A DNA stretch of 64,000 nucleotides from an uncultured Gemmatimonadales bacterium (GTDB lineage: Bacteria; Gemmatimonadota; Gemmatimonadetes; Gemmatimonadales; GWC2-71-9): the NCBI GenBank assembly GCA_963821525.1, contig CAWGED010000005.1:320001-384000 (forward strand), read 5' to 3'. The translations under genes and the position numbers were made by a program. Below, piece after piece: positions 44,278 to 53,766 of this stretch (its first letter is position 1; each line of letters starts with the position of its first letter). The notes under the pieces are model-generated. The model was not told where the DNA came from, did no database searches, and saw nothing but the letters and a program-made list of their open reading frames with translations.

Positions 44278-46623
44278 ATGAGACGGGTCGACCGTAGGAC
44301 GTTCCTCAAGAGGCTTGGGGTCGTTTCAGCGGCCACCGCCGCCGCTGGCGCCGTTCCCGGCATGGTGTTCCCCACGGGTGGTATCCTCCCGCACGGCGCC
44401 CAAACCGGCCCAGTCTGGAAGAAGACACCGTGCCGCCTTTGCGGCGTCGGCTGCGGATTACTGATAGCGATCGAGAACGGACGCGCAGTGGCCGTAAAGG
44501 GCGACCCTGACTCCCCGGTGAGCAAAGGGCTGGCCTGTGTGAAGGGCTATAACTCCGTGCAGGCGCTCTACGGGCGGGACCGGCTCGCGCACGCCATGGT
44601 CCGGCGCGACGGTGGGCTGGTGGAGGCTTCCCTCAACGAGACGTTCGACCTGGTGGCGCGCAGGCTCCGCGAGACCGTCGAGAAGCACGGCAAGAACAGC
44701 GTCGCCATCTACGGCTCGGCCCAGTGGACCATCCCGGATGCCTACATCGCGTCGAAGCTGTTCAAGGGAGCGCTGGGAACCAACAACGTGGAGACCAGCT
44801 CGCGCCTTTACGCCGGAAGCGCGATGGCCGGCCTCCAGAGCAGCTTCGGCCTCGACGGTGGGATCGGCTGCTACGAGGACATCGACCACGCCGACGTCTT
44901 CGTGTTGTGGGACGTCAATCTGGCGGAAACCGATCCGGTTCTCTTCTCTCGCATGCTGGACCGCCGGCGGGTGAACCCCGCCGTCCGGATCATCGAGGTC
45001 GCAACCCGCACCACGCGCACCAGTTACGCCGTCGACCAGTCTCTGCTGCACGCGCCGCATGCCGCGGCGGCGATCGCCAACGGCATCTGCAACGAAATCG
45101 TGGCCCGCAAATGGGTGCAGCAGGAGTTCGTCGCCCAGCACGTCGCCTTCAAACGGGGGAGGGCGAACATAGGTGACGGTCTGGCCGACGACCCTCTGGT
45201 TACGGAAGACGCCACCGACAGCACTTGGAGAGAGTACGTAGCGTTTCTCGCGGACTACGAGCCGGAGCGAGCCCAGGAATTGTCCGGCGTTTCGGCGGCG
45301 AGCATTCGCTGGCTGGCGTCCCTCTACGGCGACCCGCTGCGCAAGGTGATGTCGGTCTGGGGCCGAGAGGTGAACCAGGACGTGCGCGGCACCTGGATGA
45401 ACAACCTGCTCTACAACATCCATCTGCTGGTGGGGAAGGTCGCCTCGCCAGGGAATAGCCCCTTCGCCACCACGGGCCAGCCGAGCGGCGGGAGCGCGGT
45501 GAACGACGCGGGCAGCTTGACGCACACTCTGCCGCGCGGGGTGGTACAGAACGAAGAGGATCGCCGCCGGGCGTCGGAGATCTGGGGCGTCCCGGTGGAC
45601 AGGATCGATGCCCAGCCGACCGCCCCTTTGCTGGCAATGTTCCGCCAGCTGGAACGGGGCGACATCCGCTTTCTCTGGATCCTGGCCACCGATCCGATGG
45701 TCAGCCTGCCGAATTTGGACCGTTATCGTCAGGCGGCAACCAAGGGCGACCGCTTCATCGTGGTCTCGGAGGCGTATCCGACTCCTACGACGGATGTGGC
45801 GGACGTCGTCCTCCCCGCGGCGATGTGGCTTGAGCGCGAGGGGATCTACGCGAACGTCGAGCGCCGGGCGCAGCACTTCGAGCGGATGGTAGCGCCTCCC
45901 GGTGAGGCCACCGGCGACGCTTGGCAGATGATCGAGGTCGCCCGCCGTCTCGGCTTCGAGAAGCTGTTCCCCTACCAGCCGGGTGGCCACGTCGAGCAGA
46001 TCTGGGAGGAGTACCGCCGCTTTCATCAGGAACCGCAAGACGCGCTGCCCGCCACCTCCGAGCTCCGCGCGAACTCCGGCGTGATGTGGCCTTACGTGGG
46101 CGGCCGCGAGACGCGGTGGCGCTACAACTCCGCTTACGATCCGGCGGCCGATGGCACCCACGGCGCCTTCGATTTCTACGGCCATGCGGACCATCGTGCC
46201 TGGATCTGGCTCAGACCCTACGAGCCTCCGGCGGAGTTTCCAGGCGGCGAGTATCCATTCTGGCTCACGACGGGCGCCGTACTCGAGCATTGGGGTGCGG
46301 GCTCGATGACCCAACGCATTCCGACGTTGCATCACGCGCTCCCTCATGCCTACGTCGAGGTCAATCGCGAGGACGCAAGCGATCTGGGCATTCGGAACCG
46401 CGAGACCATCCGCCTGGTGAGCCGCCGCGGCTCGATCGAGCTCGAGGCCCGCATCGACTATCGTTCCCAACCGCCGCGTGGGCAGGTCTTTGTTCCGTCG
46501 TTCGACGAGGCGCGGCCGGTGAATCGGCTCACGCTCGATGCGTGCTGTCCGCTATCGGGCCAGCCCGATTCCAGCAAGTGTGCGGTTCGGGTGGAGCGAC
46601 TGACGCCGCGGAGCGGCACATGA
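44278..46623 (+). CDS. NapA-like (periplasmic nitrate reductase family) molybdopterin-oxidoreductase-fold protein with atypical active site
   Basis: Tat signal RRTFLK; CRLCGVGC...CVKG [4Fe-4S]; NapA-like GSAQWTI, GCYEDID, PGNSPF..TGQPS, EYPFWLTTG, KCAVRV; Mo-ligand position reads RLYAGSA. Confidence 0.88.
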   Translation: MRRVDRRTFLKRLGVVSAATAAAGAVPGMVFPTGGILPHGAQTGPVWKKTPCRLCGVGCGLLIAIENGRAVAVKGDPDSPVSKGLACVKGYNSVQALYGRDRLAHAMVRRDGGLVEASLNETFDLVARRLRETVEKHGKNSVAIYGSAQWTIPDAYIASKLFKGALGTNNVETSSRLYAGSAMAGLQSSFGLDGGIGCYEDIDHADVFVLWDVNLAETDPVLFSRMLDRRRVNPAVRIIEVATRTTRTSYAVDQSLLHAPHAAAAIANGICNEIVARKWVQQEFVAQHVAFKRGRANIGDGLADDPLVTEDATDSTWREYVAFLADYEPERAQELSGVSAASIRWLASLYGDPLRKVMSVWGREVNQDVRGTWMNNLLYNIHLLVGKVASPGNSPFATTGQPSGGSAVNDAGSLTHTLPRGVVQNEEDRRRASEIWGVPVDRIDAQPTAPLLAMFRQLERGDIRFLWILATDPMVSLPNLDRYRQAATKGDRFIVVSEAYPTPTTDVADVVLPAAMWLEREGIYANVERRAQHFERMVAPPGEATGDAWQMIEVARRLGFEKLFPYQPGGHVEQIWEEYRRFHQEPQDALPATSELRANSGVMWPYVGGRETRWRYNSAYDPAADGTHGAFDFYGHADHRAWIWLRPYEPPAEFPGGEYPFWLTTGAVLEHWGAGSMTQRIPTLHHALPHAYVEVNREDASDLGIRNRETIRLVSRRGSIELEARIDYRSQPPRGQVFVPSFDEARPVNRLTLDACCPLSGQPDSSKCAVRVERLTPRSGT

Positions 46624-47438
46624 GCTCCCCCGACCGGCACCCGGCCGCACTCGTCTTGGGCCTGTTCATGGTCGGCTCGGCCGTCACCGCCGCGGCCGCG
46701 TTGAGCGTCGCGGTGAAACGTGCTGCCGCCGGTCGGGAGCCGGTGCCCGCCCCCATCGCCGTCAAGATGGTGGCGCCACCCGATGAGCCGATCCGCGCCG
46801 AGGCGCAGGTGTTCCGCACAACTCCCGCCATCCTGGCGATCGAGCCCTCTGCCCGCCGGGAACGGTCGGCTCACCCGCGCACACTGAAGACGGTTCGCTT
46901 CCTGCGCGCCTTTCCGGGAGCCCCACCGCGGATTCCCCACGCCCTCACGCCTGAGGAATTCCGCACCGACGCCTGCAAGACCTGCCACGAGCGAGGTGGC
47001 TTCTCGCAGCGGTTTGACGCCTACGTGCCAGTGACGCCGCATCCCGAGCGGGGCATCTGTCTCCAGTGCCACGCGGGCGAGGACTCGCTCATGGGAGTGG
47101 CGATTCCCATCGCAAACCCGAACGCGAGGTGTCCGCAGTGCCACGGTCCGAGCGGTGGCCCCCCACGCGCAGATGCTACACTGACCTGGCCCACGACGGT
47201 TTGGCCGCAGGTGCCGCGGACAACGCCCGACCAAGATCCCCCCCCGATTCCGCACAGTCTGCAGTTCAGGGAGAATTGCCTCACCTGCCATTCCGGGCCT
47301 TCCGCCGTCGCTGAAATCCGGACCAAACACCCGGAGCGGGTCAACTGCCGTCAGTGCCATGTCGCGCTCGATCCGGAGGCGGAGCCGTTCGCCCGCCTGC
47401 CGCAGGACGTCGCTGCCGGGGACGGGAGTACGCCATGA
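46620..47438 (+). CDS. NapB-like cytochrome c, doubled, 5 hemes
   Basis: Two PPxIPH motifs; CKTCH, CLQCH, CPQCH, CLTCH, CRQCH; N-terminal TM/signal. Confidence 0.85.
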   Translation: MSSPDRHPAALVLGLFMVGSAVTAAAALSVAVKRAAAGREPVPAPIAVKMVAPPDEPIRAEAQVFRTTPAILAIEPSARRERSAHPRTLKTVRFLRAFPGAPPRIPHALTPEEFRTDACKTCHERGGFSQRFDAYVPVTPHPERGICLQCHAGEDSLMGVAIPIANPNARCPQCHGPSGGPPRADATLTWPTTVWPQVPRTTPDQDPPPIPHSLQFRENCLTCHSGPSAVAEIRTKHPERVNCRQCHVALDPEAEPFARLPQDVAAGDGSTP

Positions 47439-48157
47439 GCCGGACCCGGGTTGCGACCGCGGTCGGGTGCCTCGCGGCAGCATGGCTGACGTCTGCCTGT
47501 CGCGAACGAGCCCATGCGGTGTGGGACGTCCCACCGCCCGGGGCGGTCAGCCAGGTCGACTCTGCGACGGCCGCCCTGAACGCGACTCTGGAGCCCGGCG
47601 TACTGGCAACGGTGCAGGCGGTGCCGGTCCAACGCTGGAAGGGACCGGGCAACGAGCCATTCGAAGTCGCGCTCCGCAGCGCGACTCCGGAGGCGGGACA
47701 CTCCCGAATGTTCGGCTCCATCACGCTGCCGATCGCGCTGCGTAGCCGGGCGGCGGCCATGAGTCAGTACCCCTGCACGTCATGCCACCAGGGCCGGAAG
47801 GTGGTCATGGCCAACAAGCGCATCAGCGACGCTCACAACAACATCAAGCCGGTGCACCCGGACCAGACCGGCGCCGTCTGCTCCACCTGCCACTCGGCCG
47901 ACGACGTCGAGCTGCTCACGCTCAAGAGCGGCGAGCACGCCACCCTGGACGAGAGCTATCGGCTGTGTGCGCAGTGCCACTTCGAGCAGGCGAAGGCGTG
48001 GGCCGGCGGCGGGCATGGGAAACGACTCGACGGCTGGGAGGGACGGCGGGTGGTCATGGCCTGCGCCGATTGCCACGACCCACACAATCCCGCTGTCCAG
48101 ACCCGCATCCCCTTCCGCGCGCCGGAACTCGAGCGAACCAGGAGCGCCGGCCCATGA
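47435..48157 (+). CDS. Tetraheme cytochrome c lipoprotein
   Basis: Lipobox LTSAC; CTSCH, CSTCH, CAQCH, CADCH. Confidence 0.85.
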   Translation: MSRTRVATAVGCLAAAWLTSACRERAHAVWDVPPPGAVSQVDSATAALNATLEPGVLATVQAVPVQRWKGPGNEPFEVALRSATPEAGHSRMFGSITLPIALRSRAAAMSQYPCTSCHQGRKVVMANKRISDAHNNIKPVHPDQTGAVCSTCHSADDVELLTLKSGEHATLDESYRLCAQCHFEQAKAWAGGGHGKRLDGWEGRRVVMACADCHDPHNPAVQTRIPFRAPELERTRSAGP

Positions 48158-49128
48158 GCGATGACGGCACCCCCCAGATGCCGGAGCGCGCCGACGGCAC
48201 CGTGCTGCAGAAGCGGGTCGATCGGCGGGAAGCGCTGGGCCTCCTGGTTGGCGGCCTGGCCGCCGGCGCTGCCGCGGTGGGCGCGTGTACCCCGCTCACC
48301 GCGGCGACGCCCGAGGAGCGCGAGCTCAAGCTCTTAGCCTGGCGGGAGTACATCAAGGGCAATTACCACTTCATGACGGAGGAGGAGCGGGCGGAGACGA
48401 TCGCTCGTCTCGAGCGCCTCGCGAAGCTGCAGCGCGGCGTGGACGTGACTATCCAGTCCACCGGGGCACAGCCCGGCGTGATGTTCGGCTACGCCTTCAA
48501 TATTTCGAAGTGCAAGGGGTTCCGGAACTGCGTCGAGGCCTGCATCAACGAGAACAATCTCGATCGGCGGGCGGCGACGCAGTACATCCGCATCTTCGAG
48601 ATGGAGGACGGCGAAGTCGACCTCGACCTCGCCGATGCGACCTTCCAGCACGAGGTGCCGGCCGAGGGCCACTTCTATCTCGGGACCCAGTGCTTCCAGT
48701 GCGCCGATCCCCCGTGTGTGAAGGTCTGCCCGGTGGGCGCCACCTGGCAGGAACCGGATGGCATCACGGTCATCGACTACGACTGGTGCATTGGGTGCCG
48801 CTATTGCATGGCCGCCTGTCCCTACTGGGCGCGGCGCTTCAACTGGAGCCAGCCGGAGGTCCCCCAAGAGGAAGTGAACCCCAACCAGCACTACCTGGGC
48901 AACCGCGCGCGCAAGAAGGGCGTGGTCGAGAAGTGCACCTTCTGCATCCACCGGACCCGGCAGGGCCGGTTGCCGGCCTGCGCCGAGGCCTGTCCCACAG
49001 GGGCGCGGGTCTTCGGCAACCTGCTGGATCCCGACTCCGAGATCCGCTGGGTGCTGGCGAACAAGCGAATTTTCCGGCTGAAGGAAGAACTGAAGACGGA
49101 GCCGCGTTTCTGGTACTTCACCGACTGA
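48154..49128 (+). CDS. NrfC/DsrO-like 4Fe-4S electron-transfer subunit, copy 1
   Basis: Tat-like RREALG; CKGFRNCVEAC, CFQCADPPCVKVCP, CIGCRYCMAACP, KCTFC..R...PACAEACP. Confidence 0.9.
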   Translation: MSDDGTPQMPERADGTVLQKRVDRREALGLLVGGLAAGAAAVGACTPLTAATPEERELKLLAWREYIKGNYHFMTEEERAETIARLERLAKLQRGVDVTIQSTGAQPGVMFGYAFNISKCKGFRNCVEACINENNLDRRAATQYIRIFEMEDGEVDLDLADATFQHEVPAEGHFYLGTQCFQCADPPCVKVCPVGATWQEPDGITVIDYDWCIGCRYCMAACPYWARRFNWSQPEVPQEEVNPNQHYLGNRARKKGVVEKCTFCIHRTRQGRLPACAEACPTGARVFGNLLDPDSEIRWVLANKRIFRLKEELKTEPRFWYFTD

Positions 49129-49135
49129 GGCGACC

Positions 49136-50430
49136 GTGCACCTGAAGCCATTCCTGCTCACAGCCCTAGACTCGGCGACCACCGGGGGCCGGCGCTACCA
49201 CCTCTGGATGGGGAGCCTGACGGCGATCATCCTCGTCGGGGCGTACGCGTATTCCCTCCAGCTGCGCTACGGACTCGGCGTCACGGGAATGAGCGATCAG
49301 GTGAGCTGGGGTCTTTACATCTCGAACTTCACCTTTCTCGTCGGCATGGCCGCGGCCGCCATGATGCTGGTGCTGCCGGCGTACATCCTGGACGACGTGG
49401 ACTTCGGCCGCGCGGTGCTGATGGCGGAAGGCGGTCGCCGTGGCGGCGCTGGTCATGTGCCCTCGGGTTCGTGGTGGTGGACATCGGCAACCCATTCGCC
49501 GGGTGGCACCTCGTGCCCGGCATCGGCTACCTGAACTGGCCGCGGTCGCTCCTGGCCTGGGACGTGATCGTGCTGAACGGGTACCTGGCGCTGAATCTGG
49601 CCATCCCGTTCTACATCCTCTACAGCCACTACTCCGGCCGTTCGCCGGCCAAGAACAAGTACCTCCCCTGGATGTACATCTCCGCCATGTGGGCGGTGAG
49701 CATTCACCTGGTCACGGCGTTCCTGCTGGCGGGCCTGCCCGCCCGGCCGTTCTGGAACACGGCGCTGCTGGGGCCCCGGTTCCTGGCCTCGGCCTTCACC
49801 GCGGGGCCGGCGTTCGTGCTCGCTGCTGCTCTGGTTCATCCGGCGGAAGACGAAGTACGCCATTGCCGATGGCGCCTTCTCGAAGCTCGCGCTGATCGCT
49901 GTCGCCGCGGCGCAGATCAACCTCGTGATGCTCATCTCCGAGCTGTTCTACGAGTTCTACTCGCCCACCCATCACGGCATCAACGCGCGGTATCTCTTCT
50001 TCGGCCTCGGCGGGCACCACGCCCTGGTGCCCTGGATCTGGACGGGGATCGGGCTGAATGTCCTGCGCGACCGTCGCCCTCATGATCCACCCGCTGCGGC
50101 GCAAATCCGCGCTGGCTGATGCCGGCCTGCGCCACGCTGTTCGTGGGCATCTGGATCGAGAAGGGGATCGGCCTGGTGATCCCCGGCTTCATTCCCTCGC
50201 CGCTGGGCGAGATCGTCGAGTACACGCCCACCTGGGTCGAGCTGTGCGTGACCGCCGGCATCTGGGCCCTGGGCCTGTTCGTGCTGACCGTCCTGGTGCG
50301 GGTGGCGCTGCCGATCGAGCTGGGGGATGTGCGCAGTCCGTACCTGGCGCAGGCGCCCGCCGCGCGGGCAGTCCGCCCGCGCGCGACCCGGGCGCGGCAC
50401 GAGGACGTCCGGCCAGTCCGGACCCGATGA
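49136..50430 (+). CDS. NrfD/DsrP-family membrane subunit, copy 1; frameshifted
   Basis: VSWGLYISNFTFLVG, DIGNP, SIHLVTAFL, PRFLASAF, EKGIGLVIPG, YTPTWVE across frames. Confidence 0.85.
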
Positions 50431-50475
50431 TCCGACGCTGGGCACTCCGCCGGCCGACTTTACTTCCACGAGGTG

Positions 50476-51361
50476 ATGGACATGACCAGACACTAGGCCA
50501 AACGACACCCGATACTCCTTCGCCGCGCTCGCCGCGGGGCTGGTCGGGGCGGCCGGGCTGGCCGGCGGGCTGTTCCTCGCGGGGGTCGCGCCGCCGCTGG
50601 CCGCGGTGGCGGGCCTGGGATTGGGGCTGCTCCTCGCCGCCTCGATCAAGTACACCGACCAGTGGGAGAAGGCGGTCCTCCTGCGGCTCGGCCGCTACCG
50701 GGGCCTGCGAGGTCCCGGGTACTTCGCCATCGTGCCGATCCTCGATCGGGTGGCCTACACCATCGACCAGCGGATCCGGACCACGGCGTTCGGCGCCGAA
50801 TCGTGCCTGACCCGCGACACGGTGCCGGTCAACGTCGACGCCATCGCCTTCTGGATCGTGCGCGACGCCGAGCGCGCCGCGCTGGAGGTGCAGGACTACG
50901 ACGAGGCGGTCATCCTCTCGGCGCAGACCGCGCTGCGGGACGCCATCGGGAAGCACGATCTCGCGGAGCTGATCCAGTCCCGGGTGGAACTGGGCCACGG
51001 ACTCAAGGTGGCGCTGGAGCAGAAGATGGCGAACTGGGGGATCCAGGTGCAGTCGGTGGAGATCCGGGACGTCATCATCCCGGCCGCGCTCGAGGACGCC
51101 ATGTCGCGCCAGGCCCAGGCCGAGCGGGAGCGCCAGGCCCGCATCATCCTGGGCACTGCGGAAACCGAGATCGCCCACAAGTTCGTCGAGGCCGCGGCCG
51201 CCTACCGCGACCACCCCGAAGCCATGAACCTGCGGGCCATGAACATGCTCTACGAGAGCATCGTCAAGCGCGGCTCGCTCATGGTGGTGCCCTCAGGCCT
51301 GGCCGACTCCCTGAACGTCCCATCCCTGATGGGCGTGTCAGGGGCACCGAAGAGCCTGTAA
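50476..51361 (+). CDS. SPFH/stomatin (band 7) protein, copy 1; +1 indel near 50494, shorter C-terminus
   Basis: QWEKAVLLRLG, LTRDTVPVNVDA, AQTALRDAIG, VEIRDV, QAQAERERQA. Confidence 0.88.
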
Positions 51362-51440
51362 CCCGGAAGGGAGGCGCAGGACCCCAGATGCACAACTGCC
51401 CCTTCCGCCCTGAACTGGAGCGTACCAGGAGCCACGGCCC

Positions 51441-52420
51441 ATGAGTGACAACCGCATCCCCGAGATGCCCGAGAGCGCCGACGACGGCACCGTGCTGCAG
51501 AAGCGGGTCGATCGCCGGGATGCGCTGGGCCTCCTGCTCGGCGGCCTGGCCGCCGGCGCTGCCGCGGTGGCCGCGTGTACCCCGCTCACCGCGGCGACGC
51601 CCGAGGAGCGCGAGCTCAAACTGCTCGAATGGGAACAGTTCACCCAGAAGCACTATCGCCGGATGACCGAGGAGGAGCGCGCAGAGACCATCCAGCGGCT
51701 CGAGCGCCTCGCCAAGCTGCTCCATAACCAGGACGTCACCATCGCCACTACCAATGCATTGCCGGGAGTCCTCTTCGGCTACGCCTTCAACATCTCGAAG
51801 TGCAAGGGCTACCGGCGCTGCGTCGAGGCCTGCATCAACGAGAACAACCTGGACCGCAAAGCGGACACGCAGTACATCCGGATCTTCGAGAACGGAACAC
51901 GGCGTGGTCAATCTCAACGATGCCGATGCGACCTATCCAACACGAGGTGCCGGCCGAGGGCCACTTCTACCTCGGGACCCAGTGCTTCCAGTGCGCCAAC
52001 CCGCCCTGCGTCCCGGTCTGCCCGGTGGGCGCCACCTGGCAGGAGCCCGATGGCATCGTGGTGATCGACTACAACTGGTGCGTCGGATGCCGGGCCTGCA
52101 TGGCCGCTTGCCCCTACTGGGCGCGGCGCTTCAACTGGGACGTGCCCGAGGTGCCCAACGAGGAAGTGAACCCCAATCAACACTACCTCGGGAATCGTGC
52201 CCGCAAACAGGGATGCGTCGAGAAGTGCACCTTCTGCATCCACCGGACCCGGCAGGGCCGGTTGCCGGCCTGCGTCGAGGCCTGTCCCACCGGGGCGCGG
52301 GTCTTCGGCAACCTGTTGGATCCCGATTCCGAGATTCGTTGGGTGCTCGCAAACAAGCAGGTCTTCCGTCTGAAGGAAGAGCTCGCGACGGAACCGCGCT
52401 TCTGGTACTTCATCGACTGA
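51441..52420 (+). CDS. NrfC/DsrO-like 4Fe-4S subunit, copy 2; frameshifts at about 51890-51940
   Basis: RRDALG; CKGYRRCVEAC, CFQCANPPC, CVGCRACMAACP, KCTFC. Confidence 0.88.
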
Positions 52421-52427
52421 GGCGACC

Positions 52428-53721
52428 GTGCATCTACGAGCCTTCCTGTTGAGCGCGCTGCGCTCCGTGACCTCCGGCGATCGCCGCTACCATCTCTGGA
52501 TGGGGAGCCTGACGGCGATCATGCTGGTCGGGGGCTATGCCTACCTCGTCCAGGCCACCCACGGGCTCGTCGTCACGGGGATGAACGACCATGTGAGTTG
52601 GGGACTGTACATCTCCAACATGGCGTTCCTCGTGGGGGTGGCGGCCGCGGCGGTGATCCTGGTGATGCCGGCGTATGTCCTGCAGGACGTCGACTTCAGC
52701 CAGGCCGTCCTCATCGCCGAGGGGGTCGCGGTGTCCGCCCTGGTCATGTGCCTCAGCTTCGTCACGGCCAACAGTCCGGGCTTTCCCTGGAAGTGGTGGC
52801 GCCTCACGCCGGTCATCGGACTGCTAAACTGGCCCAGCTCGATGCTGGCATGGGACGTCATTGCCCTGAACGGCTACCTGGTGCTCAACCTCACCATCCC
52901 GTTCTACATCCTCTACAGCCACTTCACCGGACGCGAGCCGGAGAAGAAGAAGTACGTGCCGTTCATTTACCTCTCGGTCGTCTGGGCGGTGAGCATTCAC
53001 CTGATTACCGCGTTTCTTTCGCGGCCCCACCGTCCCGCCCCCTGTGGAACTCGCCGCTGCTTGGGCCCCGCTTCCTGGCCTCGGCCTTCACGGCCGGCCC
53101 CGCGTTCATGATCCTGTTGCTCGGGTTTATCCGGTCGACCAGCCAAGTACCCCATTTCGGACATGGCCATCTCGAAACTGGCCACCGCCACCACCGTGGC
53201 GGCGCAGATCAATCTCGTGATGCTCTTTTCCGAGCTGGTTTACGAGTTCTACTTTCCCACGCATCACAGCATCAGCGCGCGATATCTCTTCTTCGGCCTC
53301 GGCGAGCATCATGCGCTGGTGCCGTGGATCAGGACCGCGGATCACCCTCAACGTCGTGGCGACGTGGTCGCTCATGATCCACCCGCTGCGGCGTAACCCG
53401 CGCTGGCTGATGCCGGCCTGCGCCACGCTGTTCGTCGGCATCTGGGTCGAGAAGGGGATCGGCCTGGTGATCCCGGGCTTCATTCCCTCGCCGCTGGGCG
53501 AGATCGTCGAGTACACCCCCACCTGGGTCGAGCTGTGCGTGACCGCCGGCATCTGGGCCTTGGGCCTGTTCGTCCTGACCGTCCTGGTGCGGGTGGCGCT
53601 TCCGATCGAGCTGGGGCATGTGCGCAGTCCCTATCTGGAGCAGGGGCCCGCCCCGCGGGCAGTCCGCCCGCGCGCGACCCGGGTGCGGCACGAGGACGTC
53701 CGGCCGGTCCGGACCCGATGA
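52428..53721 (+). CDS. NrfD/DsrP-family membrane subunit, copy 2; frameshifted
   Basis: VSWGLYISN, SIHLITAFL, PRFLASAF, EKGIGLVIPG across frames. Confidence 0.85.
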
Positions 53722-53766
53722 TACGACGCTGGGCACTCCGCCAGCCGACTTTACTTCCACGAGGTG

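Noticed and set aside
44278..46623. Plain napA nitrate reductase call, or a selenocysteine variant
   Set aside because: The ligand codon is TAC, not TGC or TGA; several conserved motifs are altered; no napD, napC or napGH nearby
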